IMG/VR virus record: IMGVR_UViG_3300021378_000015
Location: 1 to 64,000 of that record
Direction: 5' to 3' (one strand)
Source of the DNA: a virus
Taxonomy: Duplodnaviria; Caudoviricetes
DNA: 64,000 nt
Part shown: in pieces, positions 56,659 through 64,000 of the stretch
How the letters are laid out: every line of letters begins with the position of its first letter
How positions within the stretch are numbered: the first letter of the stretch is position 1
Position numbers and translations under genes: made by a program
The notes under the pieces: model-generated
What the model saw: only the letters and a program-made list of their open reading frames with translations
Database searches by the model: none
Told to the model about the DNA's origin: nothing

Positions 56659-58035
56659 TTATTTTTGTTCTTCAAGAAGTTTATCCATCGCCTCCAAAGT
56701 AGGTTGCGCATCAGTCACGTAGTTCATACCGAACTTGTCTCGCAGTCTATCCACCGCCTCACTTGAGTACGACACGATAGTACGTGGGTCTACCTTGCGG
56801 TTCTTCAATCTACGCACAGCACTCTTGTAGAATACACCTACACCATCAGCACTAAAATTGAATGAACCGTACAAGTCATCGGCAAACTGAGCGTATAGGC
56901 TCACTACCTTCAGCACTTGGTCATTCGAGTACACCTTACGCAAGTGAATACCCAATGCACTCTTAGGATTGAGCATCATAGTAATCAATTGCAACGGCTT
57001 GATGTTCTCGTTAGCACACATAATACGCATCAGATCCCTACGCCATAGCAGGTTGGTCACGTTCTTGAACGCAGGTGGTAAGCGGAACTCAATGTATCTA
57101 CTTTGAATGTTGACCGCTGAATACTTGCCGGCACGCTTGTAGTTGTCCGGCTTACGTTGTATTTGCGAGTAGTGGTTAGTAATCCGGTGTCTCCATATAG
57201 TTAGAAACAACGGCACGAATGCTTGAATCGAATCGAAAAATTCCTCACCCGATATACCGCGCTTACCTACATTGATGTGTCCACCACAATTACTGCCGTA
57301 GTCAGCGTTGATATGGTCACGAAGTATTCGGCCCTCCAAAGCACTGTCTAACAGCGGGTCATTCAAGTCATAGATTGGACTGACTAATTCAAAGCCGGTC
57401 TCATCGCATAGGCTACTATCCGACTCGCGGCACCACCCTGTCTCATCCACAGCATCCAAGTCCCACGTATCTAACGGGTCATCATCTTCCTTCTCGACCT
57501 CGAAGCCGATTGTGTACACAGTGTCACGTGAAGTGAAGTCCCTGCGAAACCCACTATGGTATTCATGCAGTTGGCGGTCATTCTCCTCTTGAAGTCGGTA
57601 CTCCTCATTGCGCTCACTCCAAAAGATATTCGAACCACAATCATCAATGTGGTACGTGCCCCCATCTTCCTCGCAGTACAGCGTGTCATCTGTCCAACAC
57701 CACCCGCCTTCGTACATACTGTACGCCCCATCTATGTAGGAAACACTGCACTCATTGTCGTAGTCTGGCCACCATATCTTGTCACCACACACAAGTGTTT
57801 TTACATCTGACACGTACTCGTCATTAAGTATGGTGACTCTATTGAAACCCCCATCGTGGTGCAACATAGGTCTATCACACATCGCTTCTCGAGCAAACTC
57901 TCCCTCGTACTCGCTCGGTGCTGTAAGCATTAAGCAGTCATCTAAATTCTCGACTTCGCCGTTAAAACAAACGACTTGTCCATCTTTCAATTCATCCATA
58001 GGCATATGTTTATGTGCATCATTAGCCCTGCACAT
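56659..58035 (-). CDS. Putative amidoligase (COOH-NH2 ligase type 2)
   Basis: IGFEVE, DSSL, GFELVSP, CGGHINV, KYSAVN, IEFR. Confidence 0.82.
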   Translation of the reverse strand: MCRANDAHKHMPMDELKDGQVVCFNGEVENLDDCLMLTAPSEYEGEFAREAMCDRPMLHHDGGFNRVTILNDEYVSDVKTLVCGDKIWWPDYDNECSVSYIDGAYSMYEGGWCWTDDTLYCEEDGGTYHIDDCGSNIFWSERNEEYRLQEENDRQLHEYHSGFRRDFTSRDTVYTIGFEVEKEDDDPLDTWDLDAVDETGWCRESDSSLCDETGFELVSPIYDLNDPLLDSALEGRILRDHINADYGSNCGGHINVGKRGISGEEFFDSIQAFVPLFLTIWRHRITNHYSQIQRKPDNYKRAGKYSAVNIQSRYIEFRLPPAFKNVTNLLWRRDLMRIMCANENIKPLQLITMMLNPKSALGIHLRKVYSNDQVLKVVSLYAQFADDLYGSFNFSADGVGVFYKSAVRRLKNRKVDPRTIVSYSSEAVDRLRDKFGMNYVTDAQPTLEAMDKLLEEQK

Positions 58036-58041
58036 TTAGGC

Positions 58042-58152
58042 TTAGGGGACTGCATGGGACTCGAACCCATAGTACACCCAAACACCACGTTATAAACCAA
58101 AACCAAAAGACTTGGTGCTTGTGTAGCAGTCCGTTTATAGTGTGGTCTCCAC
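58042..58152 (-). ncRNA. tRNA-like structured element 1
   Basis: GGACTGC/GCAGTCC 7-bp stem, ATGGG-TTCGAGT-CCCAT T-arm, one long internal hairpin, no D or anticodon arms. Confidence 0.65.
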
Positions 58153-58168
58153 TACCAAATCATCCCTA

Positions 58169-58214
58169 CAAACATAGGGTAACTATCTGACAATCAGCGT
58201 TAAAGAAATGTTAA
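58169..58214 (-). promoter_or_regulatory. Early promoter TATGTTTG with TTAACA-N5-TTAACG box
   Basis: Boxes at 58209-14 and 58198-203, 21-nt gap, then -7 element 58169-76. Confidence 0.7.
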
Positions 58215-58235
58215 AACTCATTCTCAACCTTCGGT

Positions 58236-58400
58236 TCAACGTATGAGCGATCGGATAATACCTACGTCTACCGTACCGTACTTGTCATGTACCTTACATA
58301 GGTACGCCCAAGCCTCGCGTATTTCCTTCTCGCTCCCTCTCCTTCTGCCGGTGTGTATAGCAACAGCCCGGCTCAGTCTTTGTAACTCATTCATGCTCAT
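58236..58400 (-). CDS. Small hypothetical protein (54 aa)
   Basis: MSMNELQRLSRAVAIH..; starts right after element 2. Confidence 0.5.
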   Translation of the reverse strand: MSMNELQRLSRAVAIHTGRRRGSEKEIREAWAYLCKVHDKYGTVDVGIIRSLIR

Positions 58401-58410
58401 TCACATTTGT

Positions 58411-58499
58411 TTAGGGGACTACGAGTGTCTCGCTCACTCAGTGCAACAGGGGCATAGGTATCCCCTTTGCAGGTAGTCCGTTGTAGGTGTGGTCACCAC
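58411..58499 (-). ncRNA. tRNA-like structured element 2
   Basis: GGACTAC/GTAGTCC stem, GAGTG-AGCGAGA-CACTC arm, internal hairpin TGCAA-AGGGG/CCCCT-TTGCA; flanks shared with element 1. Confidence 0.6.
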
Positions 58500-58517
58500 C
58501 ATCCAAAAAGTACAGTT

Positions 58518-58739
58518 CTATTTCCGCTTTGCCCTACGGGTTTCACGTTGGGCTTGTGCCCTGTATACCTTGCGGTCAATCCGGTCAGCGTACATGTTTT
58601 CAAGTGCATCGGCTTTCATCTTACCCCGAACCTTGCGCTTACTTGCACTTGCAGTCTTACCGCCCAGAGTCGGTGCGCTCACCACTCGGACTACGTACTC
58701 ATAGCCCTTGTGGTTGCGTTGTGTTGCGAAATTCCCCAT
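58518..58739 (-). CDS. Hypothetical basic early protein
   Basis: TAATG-coupled. Confidence 0.6.
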   Translation of the reverse strand: MGNFATQRNHKGYEYVVRVVSAPTLGGKTASASKRKVRGKMKADALENMYADRIDRKVYRAQAQRETRRAKRK

Positions 58740-58975
58740 TACACATTTGTGTTTTGAGGGGCAACAAACATATCGAAGTTGCCTTGCACAAGTAAGCGGA
58801 ACTGCGGGTCACGGACACTCTTGTAGGCACCAGCCAGTAGGTCTGTGTAGAAGCCGAACGATGCGAAGGCTTCGGTGTTGATGAAATCTTCGAACAGGTT
58901 TTCGATGAAGTCACGCCCCATTGTGCTTTCGAGGGCTTGCAATTGTGTGGTTGTGTTGGGTGTTGTGTTGTCCAT
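58739..58975 (-). CDS. Hypothetical early protein
   Basis: First gene of the leftward early operon; TGCCTTATG start. Confidence 0.65.
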   Translation of the reverse strand: MDNTTPNTTTQLQALESTMGRDFIENLFEDFINTEAFASFGFYTDLLAGAYKSVRDPQFRLLVQGNFDMFVAPQNTNV

Positions 58976-59418
58976 AAGGCAATCGTTTTTAGTTTTCGGT
59001 TATCGTTTCAACACCACAAACAACCAACAAGATTTTTTAATAATATCACAACAAAATGTTAAAATCCCTGCGCATTATGCCCACCAATTTTCCTGCGTAC
59101 ATACAGGATCAGGCGTCGCGCGATGCTGCTTCACGCGTAAGGGAAGGGTCGAGTCAGTCCATCCCGTGATGAGCAAGTCCATGACTTGCGAAGGCGTGTG
59201 TGTATGTATGTGTACGCGCGTCACTCGCGCGCATAGCACGAAGGAATGGTTCACATTTGAGATTTCGCATTCTAAGGGGGTGTGGTGCTTCTCGAATGGA
59301 GTCCGAGGTATGGGAGGTAGGGGATTGCCGAGATAGTATAGAGATATCCCCCTACCACTACGTAGTAGGGGGTATATCTATAGAAAATAATTGACAAATC
59401 CAAATGAAAAAACACGCT

Positions 59419-59459
59419 TTAACAAAACTTTAACAGCACGTTTTAACAAGGCTTTAACA
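59419..59459 (+). repeat. Four TTAACA direct repeats (spacing 11, 13, 11)
   Basis: At 59419, 59430, 59443 and 59454. Confidence 0.8.
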
Positions 59460-59709
59460 GAAAATTTTTGTATTCATGTGTGTAGGCGTATGTGTGCGCA
59501 GGCAGGGGCGCAGGCGTGCCCGAGCGCAGGCGTGCAGGCGCGAGTGTGTATGTATGTACAGGTGCGCGTGTGTGTGCGTATGTGTGTGCGCGCGTGCATG
59601 GGTTGATTCTTCCCACCCTTTTATATATCAACCCCCTACCGAGCGTGTACATGTGAGCGCATACAGGATCTGGCGTGCGCATAATGCACACGTAAGATAG
59701 AAACACACT

Positions 59710-59755
59710 TTAACAAGGCGTTAACACTTTACAGCGAAATAACCCCCTATGTTTG
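59710..59755 (+). promoter_or_regulatory. Early promoter TATGTTTG with TTAACA-N5-TTAACA box
   Basis: Boxes at 59710 and 59721, 21-nt gap, -7 element 59748-55. Confidence 0.72.
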
Positions 59756-59778
59756 CGGTGTAACCAAAACGAAATACG

Positions 59779-60204
59779 ATGAAAAATTACAACGACAGAA
59801 CGATTGAACTACTACGTAGGGACATGGAAGCCTTCGACAAGCAAGTGCGTGACTGCGTAGTGTACATGTACGACTCGATTGTGAACCACGAAGTGAATGC
59901 AATTACTAAAGACTACCTACCGGTAGTTAAACTGATTGAAATTGTCAATGAAGTTGCCGATGCGCTCGACCTTGTGCATGATGTGTGCAAGGTGACCCAT
60001 GAGCACCTGTGTCACATGAGCCTAGTGTACTCGTACTGCGACTTTGCACATGGCCATGATACACGAATGGAAGTTGTTTGTGAACTGATTGGAACAATAC
60101 TCACTGATGAGGTAGAAATGTCCACTCGTTCGATTTACAGCCCTACATTCGAAGTTCTCGATGAAGGCTCACACTTGCAGGTGTACACAGAACACATGGA
60201 CTGA
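59779..60204 (+). CDS. Hypothetical protein, monocistronic early gene
   Basis: Own promoter and terminator; 141 aa. Confidence 0.8.
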   Translation: MKNYNDRTIELLRRDMEAFDKQVRDCVVYMYDSIVNHEVNAITKDYLPVVKLIEIVNEVADALDLVHDVCKVTHEHLCHMSLVYSYCDFAHGHDTRMEVVCELIGTILTDEVEMSTRSIYSPTFEVLDEGSHLQVYTEHMD

Positions 60205-60225
60205 GCCTACATGATGCACACACGA

Positions 60226-60254
60226 AGCCCCGCCATTGAGCGGGGTTTTTTTTT
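60226..60254 (+). terminator. Intrinsic terminator
   Basis: agccccgc-cattga-gcggggtt plus T run. Confidence 0.85.
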
Positions 60255-61105
60255 GCCCCAATCGAAAAACAACCGTTGCGCGGGGGCATTATGCGCGAGG
60301 GGATCAGGCGCGCTCAGACCTGCGCGAGCGTGCATACATATGGGCCTATGCGTTACACATATACGCGAGGCTATTTTAAGCCGTTCTAAGGGCTTTTCTC
60401 CTCTTGGGTGGTGTGTTGGTATTGTTGGCGGTAATGGATTCGCTAGGCGTTCTCTTGGGGTGGTCAGTGTGCCTCCAATGGTGGGGCGTGGGGTTGTGGT
60501 TTCCTTGTGGGGTTGTGTATGGGCGTGATTTGTTCCCCCCCTCATATGTACGGGGGGCGGGTGGGGGCTGTACGGGTCACCCATGGGGGCGTGTGTGTAC
60601 TACGTGTGTGCACATAGGCGTGCCGGTGTACGTACGTGCTCGCGTAGGTGCGCTCGTGCTCGTGCACAAACGCCCAAACCTGTGCGCGTGTTCGCTTGTA
60701 TGCATGCCCCCCCGTTCGTGCGGATGCGTTCGGGTGCGCGCGCGCTGGCGTCCATATAATATATTATCCCCACCAGAAACATTTCTCAGCAATTTTTACG
60801 GATCAGGAGTAATGGCCCGTGTTGTTTCAACTGATGTGCCGAATCGATACCCCCATAACAAAACACCCCCCGATAAACGGAGGGTATTTCTTGTCGCTGT
60901 AATACGCGAAGCATGCGAAAAATTTGAGCAAATTAGGGGCCCTTTGAAACTTTCTACTGTCTTGTTGTGTTCTGAGTTTCTTCTTTAGTCGTTTTGAATC
61001 CACTTACGCTGTTGCTGTGGATTAATAACTTTGTGACCCATAAGTCGTAAGACGGTGGAAAGGTACAAGAAAAAAATGATAAAGTCAATAGTAGTAAATA
61101 CCCAA

Positions 61106-61537
61106 TCAGTACATAATTTTAAATCCTACGTGTAAGTAGTTTAACTCTCTGTTGATTTGTAGTATGCTTGCTGATGCGTAAAGACGCTTATACAAACGAA
61201 GGTCTGCACCAACACGACCAATGATTAGACCCGGATCAAGATTCAGTTTATAAGCAGGCCCACCATATATTATTAATTGATGGATAACATACTCATACTG
61301 TAAGAAAGAATAGGTTGCTCCGTGATGACCTTGGCCCATTGCTAGAACACCAATAAACATATTATCATATCCTAACTCCGCAACAACTCCCGTAGCGTGA
61401 AGACAAGCAACATAACCAAGTCCTACAGACTTAGGAGCATTGTGTTTAATATGTTTAATCTTATGATAAGGACTGCACTCTTGACCCTTACCCAAGGTCG
61501 TCAGCAATATCAGTATCAATAGAATCTTTATCTTCAT
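61106..61537 (-). CDS. Exported protein, possible small outer-membrane beta-barrel
   Basis: MKIKILLILILLTTLGKGQ signal peptide; C-terminal YLHVGFKIMY; TAATG-coupled to DUF5675. Confidence 0.6.
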   Translation of the reverse strand: MKIKILLILILLTTLGKGQECSPYHKIKHIKHNAPKSVGLGYVACLHATGVVAELGYDNMFIGVLAMGQGHHGATYSFLQYEYVIHQLIIYGGPAYKLNLDPGLIIGRVGADLRLYKRLYASASILQINRELNYLHVGFKIMY

Positions 61538-61989
61538 TAAGCAAAGTCCTCGTATGTAATCCAAACATCTTTGCCGTCAAGCAGTTCGTTGGCTACCTTG
61601 GGATACATGTGTTGGTATGCATATGTGCTTTTGCCTATGAAGCCTTTCATGTCTGATGAGTTACCTACTAACAAGCAACCCGCTGTATGCTCATCTGTGT
61701 TTCCAATATGTATTAGGATGTATTCAAATCCTGGTACGTCGCGTACCCATAACATACCCTTATGCATATTAGGGAACTTGTCTGAGTATCTACTATGGTG
61801 ACCACCTACGGTACGCAGGGTAATACGATATGTACCTGCTGGGATCCTGGTTTCACCCATAACCTTCTCGTCACGATGTTCGTCTTCTAATGTAAAGCAG
61901 AGGAACTCTCTACCTTCTTTGCTCTCTAGGTACAGTGCTCCAAGAGTGAAGTCGTCTTGGCTGTACATTCTTATTACACGTAGTTCCAT
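61537..61989 (-). CDS. DUF5675-family protein (copy 2)
   Basis: Highly similar to 927-1379. Confidence 0.85.
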   Translation of the reverse strand: MELRVIRMYSQDDFTLGALYLESKEGREFLCFTLEDEHRDEKVMGETRIPAGTYRITLRTVGGHHSRYSDKFPNMHKGMLWVRDVPGFEYILIHIGNTDEHTAGCLLVGNSSDMKGFIGKSTYAYQHMYPKVANELLDGKDVWITYEDFA

Positions 61990-62015
61990 AAGGGTAAAGA
62001 TAGTATATTTGTAAT

Positions 62016-62150
62016 ATGAAATATAGAACAGGAGACCCCAAGAAAAAGAAGAAGGCCAAGGTGCGTGGTGTCGATGTAGACAAACTACCAGAGGGACGCA
62101 TCAAGGAGTACGATACACCTTTCCCCTTCCGTAAACGCAAGAAGAAATGA
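62016..62150 (+). CDS. Small basic protein (44 aa), short homolog of 2262-2606
   Basis: MKYRTGDPKKKKKAKVRGVDVDKLPEGRIKEYDTPFPFRKRKKK. Confidence 0.7.
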   Translation: MKYRTGDPKKKKKAKVRGVDVDKLPEGRIKEYDTPFPFRKRKKK

Positions 62151-62356
62151 AACTAAAGAAGACAAACAAGAGCGTTAAGGTAAAAGCACCAGAGGGATAC
62201 CACTGGATGACAGAGGGTGGACGCCACTTTCTAATGAAGGGCGACTATAAGCCACACAAGGGAGCATCACCAGAGGCGCCATTCAGACTGGTAACCCACG
62301 ATAAAGGGAAGAGCAGTCCTGCTATGGATGCTGCTCGGAAGGCGAAGAAAGGTTAA
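62147..62356 (+). CDS. Small basic conserved protein (copy 2)
   Basis: Paralog of 2603-2809. Confidence 0.85.
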   Translation: MKLKKTNKSVKVKAPEGYHWMTEGGRHFLMKGDYKPHKGASPEAPFRLVTHDKGKSSPAMDAARKAKKG

Positions 62357-62786
62357 ACGGTTCTTCACCCCTCATCTTTCTATATAGGCGGGCCACATTG
62401 AGCCTGCCTTTTTGTGTCAAGGCATACCGTACCCTGTAATTCATCTTGGTTTCATCTCTAAAGAAATGGTCTTCCATATTTTGGCTCGGTGTGAGTTTAT
62501 CGAAGTGCTTGTATATCCATCCCTTCTTCATTAATGGATACACGTATCTATCCGCTAACTTCTTATGGCTTCTATTCATAGTCTCTGAAACATAGGATAT
62601 CGTCCAAAACTCCAGGTCATAGATAAAGAAAAGTAAATCCACCTCAGCCTTTCCCAGATCCATGTTATCCTTCGCATCCCTGTAAAGGAAATGTAGGTTC
62701 TTCATACCGTTCTCCTGGATATACTTCTTGTCTATCTTCGAGAACTCTCTAAACTTCTTCTTTCGGCTTACAGTACTTTTGGGCAT
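62322..62786 (-). CDS. Putative winged-helix protein (copy 2)
   Basis: Paralog of 2799-3239; start MPKST. Confidence 0.7.
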   Translation of the reverse strand: MPKSTVSRKKKFREFSKIDKKYIQENGMKNLHFLYRDAKDNMDLGKAEVDLLFFIYDLEFWTISYVSETMNRSHKKLADRYVYPLMKKGWIYKHFDKLTPSQNMEDHFFRDETKMNYRVRYALTQKGRLNVARLYRKMRGEEPFNLSSPSEQHP

Positions 62787-62817
62787 ATCAGTATCTTTGT
62801 TAGGTAAAAGTAATACT

Positions 62818-63786
62818 ATGGCATCACTTAGTGGAAATAAAATAAAGGATACGTTTGACAAGTTACTCAAACTTGAGTCAGCGCAACTCTCAGCATCAGA
62901 ACAAGTAGTAGAAGACGGGGCTGGAAACAACAGTGCGCTCAAACTTTCTACCGACACACTCGAGACTACGGGTGAATTAAAGATATCTGGAACACCCTCT
63001 ACCTCTACCAGCATTACCAAGGCGCTTATGCTTAGTACATCTGGAGTAGTAGTTACCCGTGACCTCAACACAAACCCAATTGGAACCGCATCTATTACAG
63101 CGAATACTCCTCTGTCAGCAACAGGGAGCACGGTTGAACTACAAGATGCAGGAAACTTAGGGCAGATTACATCTCCCGCTAATGCAGACAAATACTTAAT
63201 CTGGGATGAAACTGCTAGTGCCTATAAATACATAGAGCAAGTAGACCTAGTGAACTCAGTCTCTACTCAAGTAGTTGGCCAGGGTCTTGAAACTTTATAT
63301 GCAAGACCACAGAGTAGTAACGCTGTACCCACAGTCCTCAACGCTGTGCAGTTCGCAGAAATATTTGGAGACTCTAGTGCTACAGGATCAGTAACAGCAG
63401 CAACATCATCTGTAATTTTTGGTTCAGCCAATACTTACATGAGTATTCCAGAAACAGGTATTTCTGACCCTAGAGATAATATCTTAATCAACGAGAAGCA
63501 AGGATTCTTTCAGTTGACCGCATCTATAGAGGTTACCTCTACAGCAAACACAGATGTTACTTTCGATATCTATGACTATAGCGCTAGTTTAAAACTCGCA
63601 GAAACCTTCAGAACTGTAAAGAACGGTGAGACTTATCACTTGGAGTTCAACGTATTATGGTACAGCGACGGACTAGCAGGATACAAGATTCAACTCAGAG
63701 GGTTTGCAGGAAGCAGCGGGGTGGTATACAGCGCTGACAACTCACATCTTGAAGTAAGATTCCTGGGAACAAACACATCTTTCTAA
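62818..63786 (+). CDS. Putative virion fibre or structural protein (copy 2)
   Basis: Paralog of 3272-4249; start MASLSG. Confidence 0.75.
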   Translation: MASLSGNKIKDTFDKLLKLESAQLSASEQVVEDGAGNNSALKLSTDTLETTGELKISGTPSTSTSITKALMLSTSGVVVTRDLNTNPIGTASITANTPLSATGSTVELQDAGNLGQITSPANADKYLIWDETASAYKYIEQVDLVNSVSTQVVGQGLETLYARPQSSNAVPTVLNAVQFAEIFGDSSATGSVTAATSSVIFGSANTYMSIPETGISDPRDNILINEKQGFFQLTASIEVTSTANTDVTFDIYDYSASLKLAETFRTVKNGETYHLEFNVLWYSDGLAGYKIQLRGFAGSSGVVYSADNSHLEVRFLGTNTSF

Positions 63787-64000
63787 TGAACTATAAGCAG
63801 AGATACGAGGCATTCCAACTCATAAGGCTTAAACTAGGGGAGATAGAAGAGATAATGGAAGTATATGGAGGAAAGACGCAGTACCTGTCTATGTATTGCT
63901 TTGGAATCTTTGTACCAGAGTCAGATCAGGAAGAGGAGAAGTACGAGATGATGACAGGGATGCATATGGCTGCACCAGACGAATACGATTTAATGATAGA
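63786..64000 (+). CDS. Hypothetical acidic protein (copy 2, truncated by window end)
   Basis: LSMYCFG..YEMMTGMHM matches 4249-4554. Confidence 0.75.
   Translation, partial: MNYKQRYEAFQLIRLKLGEIEEIMEVYGGKTQYLSMYCFGIFVPESDQEEEKYEMMTGMHMAAPDEYDLMI

Larger units (their letters stand above)
1..60733. mobile_element. Near-complete Bacteroidota (probably Flavobacteriia) podovirus-like phage genome, unit length ~60.5 kb
   Basis: TerL, portal, scaffold, capsid, tail, ejection, lysis and replication modules in phage order; gene order restarts at ~60.7 kb; TAnnTTTG promoters; no integrase seen. Confidence 0.93.
60734..64000 (+). repeat. Copy 2 of the diverged repeat (start region of a related phage genome)
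   Basis: Collinear with 181-4465 but with many synonymous changes and different gene content. Confidence 0.92.

Noticed and set aside
58047-58132. Canonical tRNA gene
   Set aside because: Acceptor and T arms are present, but there is no D arm, proper anticodon arm or CCA; reported as a tRNA-like element instead
59200-60988. ORFs 59200-59706 and 60207-60988 in the track
   Set aside because: Cys/Val/Arg-rich translations of RY tracts with no credible start context; only 59779-60204 has a promoter, terminator and normal composition
62787-63191. Long N-terminal extensions of ORFs 62322-63191 and 62728-63786
   Set aside because: Comparison with copy 1 places the starts at 62786 (MPKS) and 62818 (MASL); the extensions are antisense overlap
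1-64000. Stop-codon reassignment, prophage or host flanks
   Set aside because: Genes are full length in the standard code and use all three stops; no integrase, att site or bacterial housekeeping genes recognised

Overview
The window holds one essentially complete ~60.5 kb tailed dsDNA phage genome. The morphogenesis genes are podovirus-type, and I see no integrase, DNA polymerase or virion RNA polymerase motif. The host is probably Bacteroidota (likely Flavobacteriia), judged from many TAnnTTTG promoters, A-rich SD-less starts and a BT4734/VirE-type primase-helicase. Layout: late and structural genes on + (3.3-43.7 kb), replication and early genes on - (43.7-59 kb), a non-coding control region (59-61 kb), then a clearly diverged second copy of the first ~4.4 kb (60.7-64 kb). 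The main candidate for a new system is an animal-like collagen modification locus. A 2162-aa collagen fibre rich in Gly-X-Lys and almost free of Pro is followed by one enzyme fusing a GT-B glycosyltransferase, a COLGALT-like GT25 domain and a PLOD-like lysyl hydroxylase, and then by a sulfotransferase. Other notable items missed by the ORF track are two covarying tRNA-like (acceptor + T-arm) RNA elements, a nested +1-frame gene inside the giant ejection protein, a free-standing peptide resembling the ribonucleotide reductase C-terminal CxxC tail, and TTAACA-N5-TTAACA boxes at a fixed distance from early promoters. All family assignments come from motif recognition by eye and from memory; no searches were run.
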